A DNA stretch of 57,170 bases from NCBI GenBank assembly GCA_002269645.1, contig NIVC01004165.1, positions 1 to 57,170 of the forward strand. The letters run 5' to 3'. Position 1 is the first letter of the stretch; each line of letters starts with the position of its first letter. Shown piece by piece: positions 28,998-41,900 of this stretch. The translations under genes and the position numbers were made by a program. Under the pieces are notes generated by a model. That model was not told where the DNA came from. It searched no databases and saw nothing but the letters and a program-made list of their open reading frames with translations. The DNA is from Macrostomum lignano (lineage: Eukaryota).

Positions 28998-31400
28998 GTG
29001 ATTCTCATAGAGATCAGGGAGAGTGATTCTCATAGAGATCAGGGAGAGTGACTGTCATAGAGATCAGGGAGAATGACTGTCATAGAGATCAGGGAGAGTG
29101 ACTGTCATAGAGATCAGGGAGAGTGATTCTCATAGAGATCAGGGAGAATGACTGTCATAGAGAACAGGAGAGTGATTCTCATAGAGATCAGGGAGAGTGA
29201 TTCTCATAGAGATCAGGGAGAGTGATTCTCATAGAGATCAGGGAGAATGACTGTCATAGAGATCAGGGAGAGTGACTGTCATAGAGATCAGGGAGAGTGA
29301 CTGTCATAGAGATCAGGGAGAGTGATTCTCATAGAGATCAGGGAGAGTAATTCTCATAGAGATCAGGGAGAGTGATTCTCATAGAGATCAGGGAGAGTAA
29401 TTCTCATAGAGATCAGGGAGAGTGATTCTCATAGAGATCAGGGAGAGTGATTCTCATAGAGATCAGGGAGAGTGATTCTCATAGAGATCAGGGAGAGTGA
29501 TTCTCATAGAGATCAGGGAGAGTGACTGTCATAGAGATCAGAGAGAGTGATTCTCATAGAGATCAGGGAGAGTGATTCTCATAGAGATCAGGGAGAGTGA
29601 TTCTCATAGAGATCAGAGAGTGATTCTCATAGAGATCAGGAGAGTGATTCTCATAGAGATCAGGGAGAGTGACTGTCATAGAGATCAGGGAGAGTGATTC
29701 TCATAGAGATCAGGGAGAGTGATTCTCATAGAGATCAGGAGAGTGATTCTCATAGAGATCAGGGAGAGTGATTCTCATAGAGATCAGGGAGAGTGATTCT
29801 CATAGAGATCAGGGAGAGTGATTCTCATAGAGATCAGGGAGGGTGATTCTCATAGAGATCAGGGAGAGTGATTCTCATAGAGATCAGGGAGAGTGACTGT
29901 CATAGAGATCAGGGAGAGTGACTGTCATAGAGATCAGGGAGAGTGATTCTCATAGGGATCAGGGAGAGTGATTCTCATAGAGATCAGGGAGAGTGACTGT
30001 CATAGATATCAGGGAGAGTGACTGTCATAGAGATCAGGGAGAGTGACTGTCATAGAGATCAGGGAGAGTGACTGTCATAGAGATCAGGGAGAGTGATTCT
30101 CATAGAGATCAGGGAGAGTGACTGTCATAGAGATCAGAGAGAGTGATTCTCATAGAGATCAGGGAGAGTGACTGTCATAGAGATCAGGGAGAGTGACTGT
30201 CATAGAGATCAGGGAGAGTGACTGTCATAGAGATCAGGGAGAGTGATTCTCATAGAGATCAGGGAGAGTGACTGTCATAGAGATCAGGGAGAGTGATTCT
30301 CATAGAGATCAGGGAGAATGACTGTCATAGAGAACAGGAGAGTGATTCTCATAGAGATCAGGGAGTGATTCTCATAGAGATCAGGAGAGTGATTCTCATA
30401 GAGATCAGGGAGAGTGATTCTCATAGAGATCAGGGAGAGTGACTGTCATAGAGATCAGGGAGAGTGATTCTCATAGAGATCAGGGAGAGTGATTCTCATA
30501 GAGATCAGGGAGAGTGACTGTCATAGAGATCAGGGAGAATGACTGTCATAGAGATCAGGGAGAGTGACTGTCATAGAGATCAGGGAGAGTGATTCTCATA
30601 GAGATCAGGGAGAATGACTGTCATAGAGAACAGGAGAGTGATTCTCATAGAGATCAGGGAGAGTGATTCTCATAGAGATCAGGGAGAGTGATTCTCATAG
30701 AGATCAGGGAGAATGACTGTCATAGAGATCAGGGAGAGTGACTGTCATAGAGATCAGGGAGAGTGACTGTCATAGAGATCAGGGAGAGTGATTCTCATAG
30801 AGATCAGGGAGAGTAATTCTCATAGAGATCAGGGAGAGTGATTCTCATAGAGATCAGGGAGAGTGATTCTCATAGAGATCAGGGAGAGTGATTCTCATAG
30901 AGATCAGGGAGAGTGACTGTCATAGAGATCAGAGAGAGTGATTCTCATAGAGATCAGGGAGAGTGACTGTCATAGAGATCAGGGAGAGTGATTCTCATAG
31001 AGATCAGGGAGAGTGATTTTCATTGAGATCAGGGAGAGTGATTCTCATAGAGATCAGGGAGAATGACTGTCACAGAGATCAGGGAGAGTGACTGTCATAG
31101 AGATCAGGGAGAGTGACTGTCATAGAGATCAGGGAGAGTGATTCTCATAGAGATCAGGGAGAGTGATTCTCATAGAGATCAGGGAGGGTGATTCTCATAG
31201 AGATCAGGGAGAGTGACTGTCATAGAGATCAAGAGAGTGATTCTCATAGAGATCAGGGAGAGTGATTCTCATAGAGATCAGGGAGAGTGATTCTCATAGA
31301 GATCAGGGAGAGTGATTCTCATAGAGATCAGGGAGAGTGATTCTCATAGAGATCAGGGAGAGTGACTGTCATAGAGATCAGAGAGAGTGATTTTCATAGA
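28998..31400. repeat. 25-nt satellite, ~2.4 kb (GATTCTCATAGAGATCAGGGAGAGT / GACTGTCAT variant)
   Basis: Direct tandem units lying between the convergent astacin and NUDT9 3' ends. Confidence 0.97.
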
Positions 31401-31849
31401 GAAATGAGTGTGATTGTCACAGAGATCAGAAAACGAGAAAACGCCTAGACTCAAAGCCGATGAAGGCATTAAATTACGTCATGTGTATAAAGGATGACTA
31501 TAAGTTTATTAGTGTGGAAAATAGGTCAGTGCTAGAGTACATCATTATTCAGTTGGCTTCCTGCAAGCGCTGATCTGCGTGGCAAGGCCGAGTTACAGAA
31601 GTCTGTCACTTGACAACTGCGATTGTCATTAAGGGCTGACCTCTGCAGTCTTAAGCGCATCCAAAGCTATGATACGAGCATAGGCTCATTTTTGTGAGAC
31701 AGTTTGAAGTAAGTCTACTTAAGATGCCGAGGAAAATCTTAGCAAAAATAATAGAAAAGGCCTGGCTGTGGTCAGCCTGCTTGGCGTGACCTGCTGCTGA
31801 AGATTGAAAGATGGAAGCTGCAAACTTCTGAGAGATTGGCAGGCGGGCA

Positions 31850-31892
31850 GACAGACAGACAGACAGACACACAGACAGACAGACAGGCAGAC

Positions 31893-31949
<57 letters not shown>

Positions 31950-31960
31950 CACAGACAGAC

Positions 31961-31997
<37 letters not shown>

Positions 31998-32048
31998 CAC
32001 AGACAGACAGACAGACAGACACACAGACAGACAGACAGACAGGCAGAC

Positions 32049-32109
<61 letters not shown>

Positions 32110-32116
32110 GGCAGAC

Positions 32117-32169
<53 letters not shown>

Positions 32170-32170
32170 G
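31850..32170. repeat. (AGAC)n microsatellite
   Basis: Direct. Confidence 0.97.
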
Positions 32171-32354
32171 TCAGTCAAAATTTAGCAGTCAGACTCACAG
32201 TCAGTAAACTATAATAAAAAGACTAAATATGCGTTGAGAAAGTTTTCGAACAAAATGTCAAGTTATAACAAATTTTGGCTACAAAAAGTTGGGAAAATGA
32301 AAAGTTTTCGCTCAGCATCCAAAGGGTTCGAAGGCCTGGAGCGGTGGCCAGAAG

Positions 32355-35300
32355 TCACCAGTGGGCGCCCCTGAGCTGCACCGCCTTCTCAACGAACTGG
32401 TGGTGGCTGGCGTACAGCTTCAGATCACGGGAGATGTCCTTCCAGCAGACTCCGATTGCGTCATCGCCTGGGGATTCGAAGCAAGAGAAAAAATACGGTC
32501 CAGGGTGACTGGGTCAAAGTGGATCAAGGGTGACTGGGTCACAGTGGTTCAAGGGTGACTGGGTCAATGTTGGTCAAGGGTGACTGGGTCAAAGTGGGTC
32601 AAGGGTGACTGGGTCACAGTGGGTCAAGGTTGACTGGGTCACAGTGGGTCAAGGTTGACTGGGTCAATGTTGGTCAAGGTGACTGAGTCAAAGTGGGTCA
32701 AGGGTAACTGGAAAATTTGGGTCAGAGGGTATTTGGGTCCAATTTTTTCAAGGGGATTGTTTGTGCTTCTCACTAAAAGCGGGTCGAGGATCAAAGGGCT
32801 TCCCTGGCTCCAGTCTCCCGCACTCACCGGCGTGCAGCTGGAACATGGCCAGGCCGTCGCCATCTTCGTCGTGAAAGTTGACGGCCACCGTCTCCATCCA
32901 GGCGTTGTCGGTATTCCTGGGGTCGTCCACGTAGCCCTTGTACAGGTCCACGCCGTGGTTGAAGGCCGCTTCCACCTTGGCCTGGTGGGGCGGCGGGGAA
33001 TTCCCAGGTAAATTCGATCCCATTCCCGAATCTCCAGTCCGATTCCCGAATCTCCACTCCGATTCCCGAATCCCCAGCCCGATTCCCGAATCTCCACTCC
33101 GATTCCCGAATCCCCAGCCCGATTCCCGAATCTCCACTCCGATTCCAGAATCCCCAGCCCGATCCCGAATCCCCAGCCCGATTCCCGAATTCCCAGCTCG
33201 ATTCCAGAATCCCCAGCCCGATCCCGAATCCCCAGCCCGATCCCGAATCCCCAGCCTGATTCCCGAATCCCCAGCCCGATTCCCGAATCCCCAACCCGAT
33301 TCCCGAATCCCCAGCCCGATTCCCGAATCCCCAGCCCGATTCCCGAATTTCCACTCCGATTCCCGAATCCTCAGCCCGATTCCCGAATCCCCAACCCGAT
33401 TCCCGAATCCCCAGACCGATTCCCGAATCCCCAGCCCGATTCCCGAATCCCCAACCCGATTCCCGAATCCCCAGACCGATTCCCGAATCCCCAGACCGAT
33501 TCCCGAATCCCCAGCCCGATTCCCAAATCCCCAGCCCGATTCCGGAATCCCCCAGCCCGCCTACCGCCAGCGCAGCTTTGCCGGCCGCATCCGCCATGGT
33601 GGAGTCCAGGGCCTCCTCGCCGAACTCGCGCTTGAGGGTGGCAGAGACCTCCTCGCCGCAGTCCACCATGCCGCCGGGGATCGCCCACTCCTTCACGTCG
33701 CCCCTGAGGATGCTGACGAACTGCAGCACCGGGCGGCCGCTTGCGGGGTCCACGACCTGGCACGGGTTGGCAGCATCGGTTCTGGGCTGTGATTGGCTGG
33801 CTTGATTGCTGGTGCACTGTCTACCCCTGCCCAATGAGCCCCAGCCTGTGCTCTGATTGCACAGAGCCCACCTGCTGTTGCACTCTCTACCCCTGCCCAA
33901 TGAGCCCCAGCCTGTGCTCTGATTGCACAGAGCCCACCTGCTGTTGCACTCTCTACCCCTGCCCAATGAGCCCCAGCCTGTGCTCTGATTGCACAGAGCC
34001 CACCTGCTGTTGCACTCTCTACCCCTGCCCAATGAGTCCCAGCCTGTGATCTGATTGCACAGAGCCCACCTGCTGTTGCACTCTCTACCCCTGCCCAATG
34101 AGCCCCAGCCTGTGCTCTGATTGCACAGAGCCCACCTGCTGTTGCACTCTCTACCCCTGCCCAATGAGCCCCAGCCTGTGCTCTGATTGCACAGAGCCCA
34201 CCTGCTGTTGCACTCTCTACCCCTGCTCAATGAGCCCCAGCCTGTGATCTGATTGCACAGAGCCCACCTGCTGTTGCACTCTCTACCCCTGCCCAATGAG
34301 TCCCAGCCTGTGATCTGATTGCACAGAGCCCACCTGCTGTTGCACTCTCTACCCCTGCCCAATGAGCCCCAGCCTGTGCTCTGATTGCACAGAGCCCACC
34401 TGCTGTTGCACTCTCTACCCCTGCCCAATGAGCCCCAGCCTGTGCTCTGATTGCACAGAGCCCACCTGCTGTTGCACTCTCTACCCCTGCCCAATGAGCC
34501 CCAGCCTGTGCTCTGATTGCACAGAGCCCACCTGCTGTTGCACTCTCTACCCCTGCCCAATGAGCCCCAGCCTGTGCTCTGATTGCACAGAGCCCACCTG
34601 CTGTTGCACTCTCTACCCCTGCTCAATGAGCCCCAGCCTGTGATCTGATTGCACAGAGCCCACCTGCTGTTGCACTCTCTACCCCTGCCCAATGAGTCTT
34701 AGCCTGTGCTCTGATTGCACAGAGCCCACCTGCTGTTGCACTCTCTACCCCTGCCCAATCAGCAGGGAGCAGAGTAGCTTAGCAGCAGTGCCCAGAGACC
34801 AACGAACTAACTAAAGCCCCCCATCAGCTGGTTCCGCTTCTGCTCCCCACTGCCACCCAGGGTATGTATATTGCCACCGACCTTGGCTCCAGTCTTCGGA
34901 TCACGCTTCCACCGCGTGACTATAGGGTCGGCAGCGTGGTTCGGGCCCCAGCGGCCGAGACAGCCGCGGCCGCGAATGCCGGTCCGGCCGCGCGGGTTCA
35001 GCGGCAGACCGTCGGGGTCGAGCGAGTAGCGGCCCTCGTGGCTGACCCGGTTCAGCTCCCCGGCGTCCGTGCCGTTGAACTTCAGGGCAGGCGCGGCTTT
35101 GTTGTTGCTGCGGGCGGGCGGCGGGGCGGCTTGTTGTGACCGTCTATAATTGCTCTCAGCTCATTGTCTTAAAATGAAAACTAACACCATCCATCTGACA
35201 GCTTCCATGAGAATTGTAGGCTTTGTGAATCATTTGAATGATCAGCAGCATCTATTATGATCAGCAGCGTATCTTTGAGTCATTTAAATGATCAACAGCA

Positions 35301-36146
35301 TCTATTTTGATCAGCAGCGTATCTTTGAGTCATTTGAATGATTAGCAGAATATCTTTGAGTCATTTGAATGATCAGCAGCGTATCTTTGAGTCATTTGAA
35401 TGATCAGCAGCATCTATTATGATCAGCAGCGTATCTTTGAGTCATTTGAATGATCAGCAGCATCTATTATGATCAGCAGCGTATCTTTGAGTCATTTGAA
35501 TGATCAGCAGCATCTATTATGATCAGCAGCGTATCTTTGAGTCATTTGAATGATCAGCAGCGTATCTTTGAGTCATTTGAATGATCAGCAGCATCTATTA
35601 TGATCAGCAGCATATCTTTGAGTCATTTGAATGATCAGCAGCATATCTTTGAGTCATTTGAATAATCAGCAGCATATCTTTGAGTCATTTGAATGATCAA
35701 CAGCATCTATTATGATCAGCAGCGTATCTTTGAGTCATTTGAATGATTAGCAGCATATCTTTGAGTCATTTGAATGATTAGCAGCATATCTTTGAGTCAT
35801 TTGAATGATCAGCAGCATGTATAAGTCACGTTTTTAAAGTCATTGAAAATTAATTCAAAAATTGACCGGGATTTTTCACTCATCTGAATAATCAGATGCG
35901 GTACACAACTGTCCAGTGAGCTCACAGGATGTCCGGGTCAGCGTAGCTCGCTTTCTTCAGCTTGGCGTCCTCAAAGTAGGTGGGCTTGTACTCGGGGAAG
36001 GCGACACTCCACGGCACCTTGTCGTCTGGCACGGGGAAGCGGTTCACAGTCTGGCCCTTGCCATACACCGGGGTCCTGGCCTTGGTGTGCACTTGAGCCG
36101 CCATTGCCTGCAGGTCTGATAGGCTGCGGACAAAAGCTTTGTACAT
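32355..36146 (-). CDS. NUDT9: ADP-ribose pyrophosphatase, NUDT9 orthologue
   Basis: join(36146-35926, 35107-34882, 33756-33565, 32981-32828, 32467-32355). Motifs: [104 protein letters not shown]. Confidence 0.97.
33020..33555. repeat. 20-nt minisatellite (CCGATTCCCGAATCCCCAGC), NUDT9 intron 3
   Basis: Direct tandem units. Confidence 0.95.
33820..34760. repeat. 66-nt minisatellite, NUDT9 intron 2
   Basis: ~14 near-identical units; source of the 622-aa chimeric ORF. Confidence 0.96.
35235..35820. repeat. Composite minisatellite (GATCAGCAGCGTATCTTTGAGTCATTTGAAT modules), NUDT9 intron 1
   Basis: Direct tandem modules. Confidence 0.9.
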
Positions 36147-38964
36147 TCGCGTGTGAGATCTGCCAGGACTGAGAGCACTGCAGGGCAGCACAGGAGCATG
36201 AAAATCGCGGGTAATTTAAATTGGTGAGCCAGAATTACGAGTTCCAACTGAACCAATAGAATTTTTATAATAACTAAAACAAAAATTAATCAATTTTCTA
36301 CCAAATATGAAACTACATGCTACTCAGTCAATATGAATGAATGCACTGTGACAATTTTACATAAATATGTTTGTCGTGTCGTAGCAATAAGAAAGACTCT
36401 TTTCTATTTGAGAGAGCTCTTAGCCGAGCGTAGAATACGAGACTTCAACTGGTAGCCAAACCGGCCTTTATATTATATTGAATATGACCGACGGCAACAT
36501 GCCGCCTACATTAGGAGTACAGCGCGATCAAACTTCAAGCTTTAGCATATAGAATAGAAAGATGCAACGTGCCGCGCGTGCACACTAAGTACGAGTACAT
36601 TGGTAATGAGTACACTAGATATTAAGTACGCAGATACGCAACGCGAGTCAGAGATAGTGAGCCCCGCCAAGCGGCGCCACAATGTTAACAACTCACAGTC
36701 ATTAAGAACTGAGCAGTAAAGCATTCCAAACACTTATTGAACATACTAAATAGCCTCAAGAGCAATGTATTGTAGAATACCTAAAAACTAATGAAGACAA
36801 GCCAAATTTTTTCTAGGTTGACAAGGGTTTGGGGTTTGGCCTTTTTGTATAGACCTAGATGCTGACTAATTACAAAGTAACATGTTTCTATTGCAGGCTT
36901 CCTTCATTGACTAGGCCTAATGGCAGTCCTTTGTAATATAATTTTTTGTTTAAGTTTATACTTACTTTCAAGGCTATAATACTGCTTTTTGGCTGGCCTC
37001 TCTGCTAGACAAATGCTTTTTGAATTTTGGTTTATGAATATAATAATTTTGATAGGTTTTATACAATAAACTTGTATTGGTAAAACAATTAGGCCTAATA
37101 GATTAATAAATAATAAATAATTAACAAATATTGTTATGCCATATATCTTTAGATTTGGCATTTCTTATATGCAGTTCTAAAGCAAAAAAAACTTCATGCA
37201 ATTTGCTGTCATTCCCACTTTGTTTTTACTTCTTAAATACAATACTGTTTCATATAAAACTATTATAAGAATGAATAATCTAATATATTTTAAATGACAA
37301 TATTTCATCTTTTATAGCTCATAGTTAGGCTTGATAAGCAGTTAATAATCCAACCAAATACAATAATAAAATGGCAAAAAGTTAGAAATAATGGTTAGAT
37401 AACCCTCAATCTAAGAATAATAAAAAGGCTATAAGATAGTCATTTAAATATAAATTGTCCAACTCCAACCTAGGTCGAACAGAAAACTGCCGTTCACTGA
37501 AACTTAATTTTTTTAGCAGTTCAAGACAGAATGTATAATTTTTTATAACTTAACTATCGTTGCCGGTAAAGAAACACGCCAATTAGATATTTTGAAACGT
37601 GAGGCGTGAGCAAATAACTTAGGCCTATAGGGATGCGTCGAACGATTTCGGGTCTGGTTAAAAAATTAAACAATAATTTCTCAGTTCTCACGTGTTAAAT
37701 TAGTCAGGATACACACACTTCTGGCTATTTACAATCTTCTCATTTTGAGTGCTTTTTATAACAGCAAACCATCCAGTACGAAAATTTGTCAGTGAAAAAA
37801 TACTTTATTGAAAACAAAGTTAAAAAATATTTTTTTGTTTTACTTTAGGGAAATAATAATCAAAATTAATCCGTGAAACCACAATTATTACGTTGCCGTT
37901 ACTGCATTTCTTATCAGGTCAAGAGATGCTAAGATTTTCATGAATGCATTTGAAGTATATCAAGTAAAAAGGTGTTACAGGAGCTGGATTTCGCAAGAAA
38001 TAAAATTTATGCCACTGCACTCATGAATATGGATTTTTAGCAGCTAAAAATTCGACCAAATTCATTTCTATGAGTATAAATTGCATATACTATTCTATTT
38101 TCCCTATGGATAGTCAAATTTAGAAGTGTCTACGCGACTTTAAAGTAGATGCATTGTGCCTAGTATGTACAGTAAATGAGAATTTCCCAGTTCATAGTAG
38201 TAGCGAATTTTAAAAAGACGGAAATTTAGCTATCCGATCGTGCACTCAATTTTACTGGCTGCAAACCGGCTTAAGGATGCAGTTTATACACGGTATTCCA
38301 TGACTGCATGAACGTTTATTGATGCAAATGAGAGCTCTCCTCAATCCGGAGCTCTTGTACAGGGATTGCTCCTGCGAATCGCAATGCCACCAGTTTCTTC
38401 GCCTCTTTTCAACCGAACAGACTCAATTTTGAATTACAACAGAAGACAAAACTCAAGCAAGAAGTGAATTGCAACTATTAATGCTAGAAAAAAGCTAACT
38501 AAGCACAAAACTTTATTTCTGCTTTAAACAAACCTTCAAGGCAAAGCACAGACAACACCGAGAATGAGCAAGCTAAAGACAGGCATGCAAAATCAATAAA
38601 AGTACAAAAAGAATGACATAATTCGCCGGCAATGACACACGCGAGCGAATGCTAAACGAAGAGCAGCGCCGATACAGACAGCAACGAGCGTCAATGCTCT
38701 TCCGCCAACAGTTGAAGACGACAATTTCGAGACGCAAAATGCTCACTAGATAACAAGCAGAAAGTTCTGGTTAAATAGTGGCAATTAACATAGAAACTAA
38801 ATAAACAATTGCTACCGAAAAGCTCTTTCAAGCATATTTGCCATGATTCCGATTGGGAAGCAGAACGGCTTCCATTCACCAACTGCCATTGCTGTACCTT
38901 AATATAAGCATGGATGCCAGAAGATATACAAGAATCCAACAGTTTGAAATCGCAGTTCCGTTCT

Positions 38965-41900
38965 CTAGCCAATCACGAGACCCCGGCCGATGGCCTTAAT
39001 GAATTTCTCCTCAACATCCTCTGGCGACCCGGGCGGGCCCGGCAGCAGCTGCTGCAGTCGCAGGAGCCGCTCGTCCTGCAGCGGCGCAGTTTGAGGCCCA
39101 GCCGGCGGATTTTGCTGCCTTTGCTGCTGCTGCTGCGACTTCCTCGGCGGCCCGACATCGGAGAGGCGCAGCGGCCTGAAGGCGGACTTGTTCCTCTGCT
39201 TGCGGGGCCCCGAGTGGAAGCCGGCGCCGCCATAACTGTTCATGTTGCCCTCCGCGCCGCTAGGAATCAGCTGGGTGGTTGGCTTCTTCGCCGAGATCAC
39301 CGCTGCCGTCGCTGCCGCCGAGGTCGGCGGAGGCGGGCAGGAGAGCCGCGAGGCATCCCAGCTGGAGACGGGATGGCCGGCAACGCGCAGCTGCCCGGCC
39401 GGGTAGCAGCGGACAGCGGGCGGCGGCTGCGGCGCTGGCAGGGACATCTCAAGGGGCCTCAGACCGCGGCCGCGCCCTCCGCCGCGACCTTCGGGGCCAG
39501 AAAGGCGCTGCATCTCCGGCTGCGGCCGCTGCGCCGAACCCGGCTTCGCTGGCTGGCAGAGCCGCGGCTTCTGAAAGCAGGGCCCGCCCACCGGGCTGAG
39601 GGAGCGGAAGAGCGCTGCCAGCGCCGATTCGAAGGCGTCCAGCCGCTCCGGGGAGCCCTCGCAGAGCAGCAGCGGCGGCGCTCGGCCGTGGTCAGCCAGG
39701 CGGAGCAGCCGCTGGAACCGTCGGCCGTCGAAGGCGAGGAAGCCGGCAGCAACGGAGTTCACGACCTCCGGGCTGACGCGGCCGCAGGCGTCGCTGACGA
39801 AGACGGCGGTGTCGAGGCCGGCGGCAAAGAGGCTCGCCAGCTGCAGGCCGCGCAGCGTCGGCGGCGGCTCGGAGGCGTCGGCGATGACCGCGGCGGCCAC
39901 AGCGTGGGCGTCTAAGCCGGGAGCCTCTGGAGCGTCGGCATCGCAGCCCAGCAGCAGCGTGGCGAGCAGGGCGTACAGCTCGAAAGGCTGCAGAAGCGGC
40001 TTGCAGGGCGGCGGCAGCAGCAGGCAGCGGAGCACGCTGAGCGGCAGGAAGAGGCCGGGCGGCACCGCAGCCGGGTCCAGCAGCGGCTGGGCGCACAGCG
40101 GATCGGCCAGTCGCCAGCCGTGCATGCAGGCCAGAAAGGCGGTGGTTCGAACCCCGTCTCCGGCCTGGCCGACTCTGCCCCAGAGCTCGGCGCAGAGGGG
40201 CAGCTCCAGCTGCTTCAGGCCCTTTTCGAACCTCGCGGTTGTCATCAAGACGGTGCTGGTGGTCAGACCGCGCTCCTGCCGGCACACCGTTTCCTGGAAA
40301 GCGGGCCAGAGAAGGAGGCTGAGAGCGGGGGTTGCGGGACAAAATGAGAACTTGATTTTTCAAAACTGCAGGAGGTACAGTATATCTGTCACTGTCAGAG
40401 GCATACCTGTGAATGTCACACTGTCACACTGTCACAGACATACATGTGAATATCCGTCACACTGTCAGAGGCATACCTGTGAATGTCACACTGCCACTGT
40501 CACAGACATACATGTGAATATCCGTCACACTGTCAGAGGCATACCTGTGAATGTCACACTGTCACTGTCACAGACATACATATGAATATCCGTCACACTG
40601 TCAGAGGCATACCTGTGAATGTCACACTGTCACTGTCACAGACATACATGTGAATATCCGTCACACTGTCAGAGGCATAACTGTGAATGTCACACTGTCA
40701 CTGTCACAGACATACATGTGAATATCCGTCACACTGTCAGAGGCATAACTGTGAATGTCACACTGTCACACTGTCACAGACATACATGTGAATATCCGTC
40801 ACACTGTCAGAGGCATACCTGTGAATGTCACACTGTCACTGTCACAGACATACATGTGAATATCCGTCACACTGTCACAGGCATGTCCACACGCCTACAT
40901 ACCCGCACAGCCGCAGCAGAACAGTTAATGTCTTCCTCAGCGCGGCGGATGTCGTACAGCAGCAGGTAGGCCCTGGCTCGGATGTCGGCGAACAGGTCCA
41001 CCGTCAACTCCAGCCGGTCGTCAAGTTCAGCCGCTTCCGGCTGCGGCGGGTCCTCGAAGCCGAGCTCGATGCGGACCTCCCGGTAGTGCAGCACCTGCGC
41101 CACCCAGGGGTGCAGCCGGCCGGACAGGTGCAGCTCCTTGGCCCGGCTCACCAGCCAGGGGTCGAACTTGTGACCTTCGATGCAGGCATCGACGGGCGCC
41201 GGGGGCGACTTCGGGTCCTGCGCGGTGGCGGGGCTGCAGCAGGGCCCGTAGAAGGCCAGGCCGGCCTCGATTTGCCTGCGCAGGCCGCTGCGCTCCTCCT
41301 CGCTTGCTGCGTGGCTGGTGAGATCGGAGTGAAGGACGGGGAGGGGGTGGCGAATGGCGGACACACCTGGGATCGGGGAGGGGGTGGCGGACACACCTGG
41401 GATCGGGGAGGGGGTGGCGGACACACCTGGGATCGGGGAGGGGGTGGCGGACACACCTGGGATCGGGGAGGGGGTGGCGAACACACCTGGGATCGGGGAG
41501 GGGGTGGCGAACACACCTGGGATCGGGGAGGGGGTGGCGGACACACCTGGGATCGGGGAGGGGGTGGCGGACACACCTGGGATCGGGGAGGGGGTGGCGA
41601 ACACACCTGGGATCGGGGAGGGGGTGGCGGACACACCTGGGATCGGGGAGGGGGTGGCGAACACACCTGGGATCGGGGAGGGGGTGGCGGACACACCTGG
41701 GATGGGATCGGGGAGGTGTGATTAAGATTTTCGATGCCCCGATCAAAAGCTTACGGCTCAAGCAGCTTTAATGCCTCGTCCACAGCGTCGGGAGAGGAGA
41801 AACCAGCGACGATTTTGGCCACCGCCAGAGCAACAGAGCGCAGTCGGGCCTGCGGGAATGGATGGGTTGATACTCAGTTGCAACTCAAATGCAACTCAGT

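Noticed and set aside
32824-34692. 622-aa Cys/Trp repeat protein fused to a Nudix domain
   Set aside because: Intronic 66-nt and 20-nt arrays happen to be in frame with NUDT9 exon 3; canonical splicing gives normal NUDT9.
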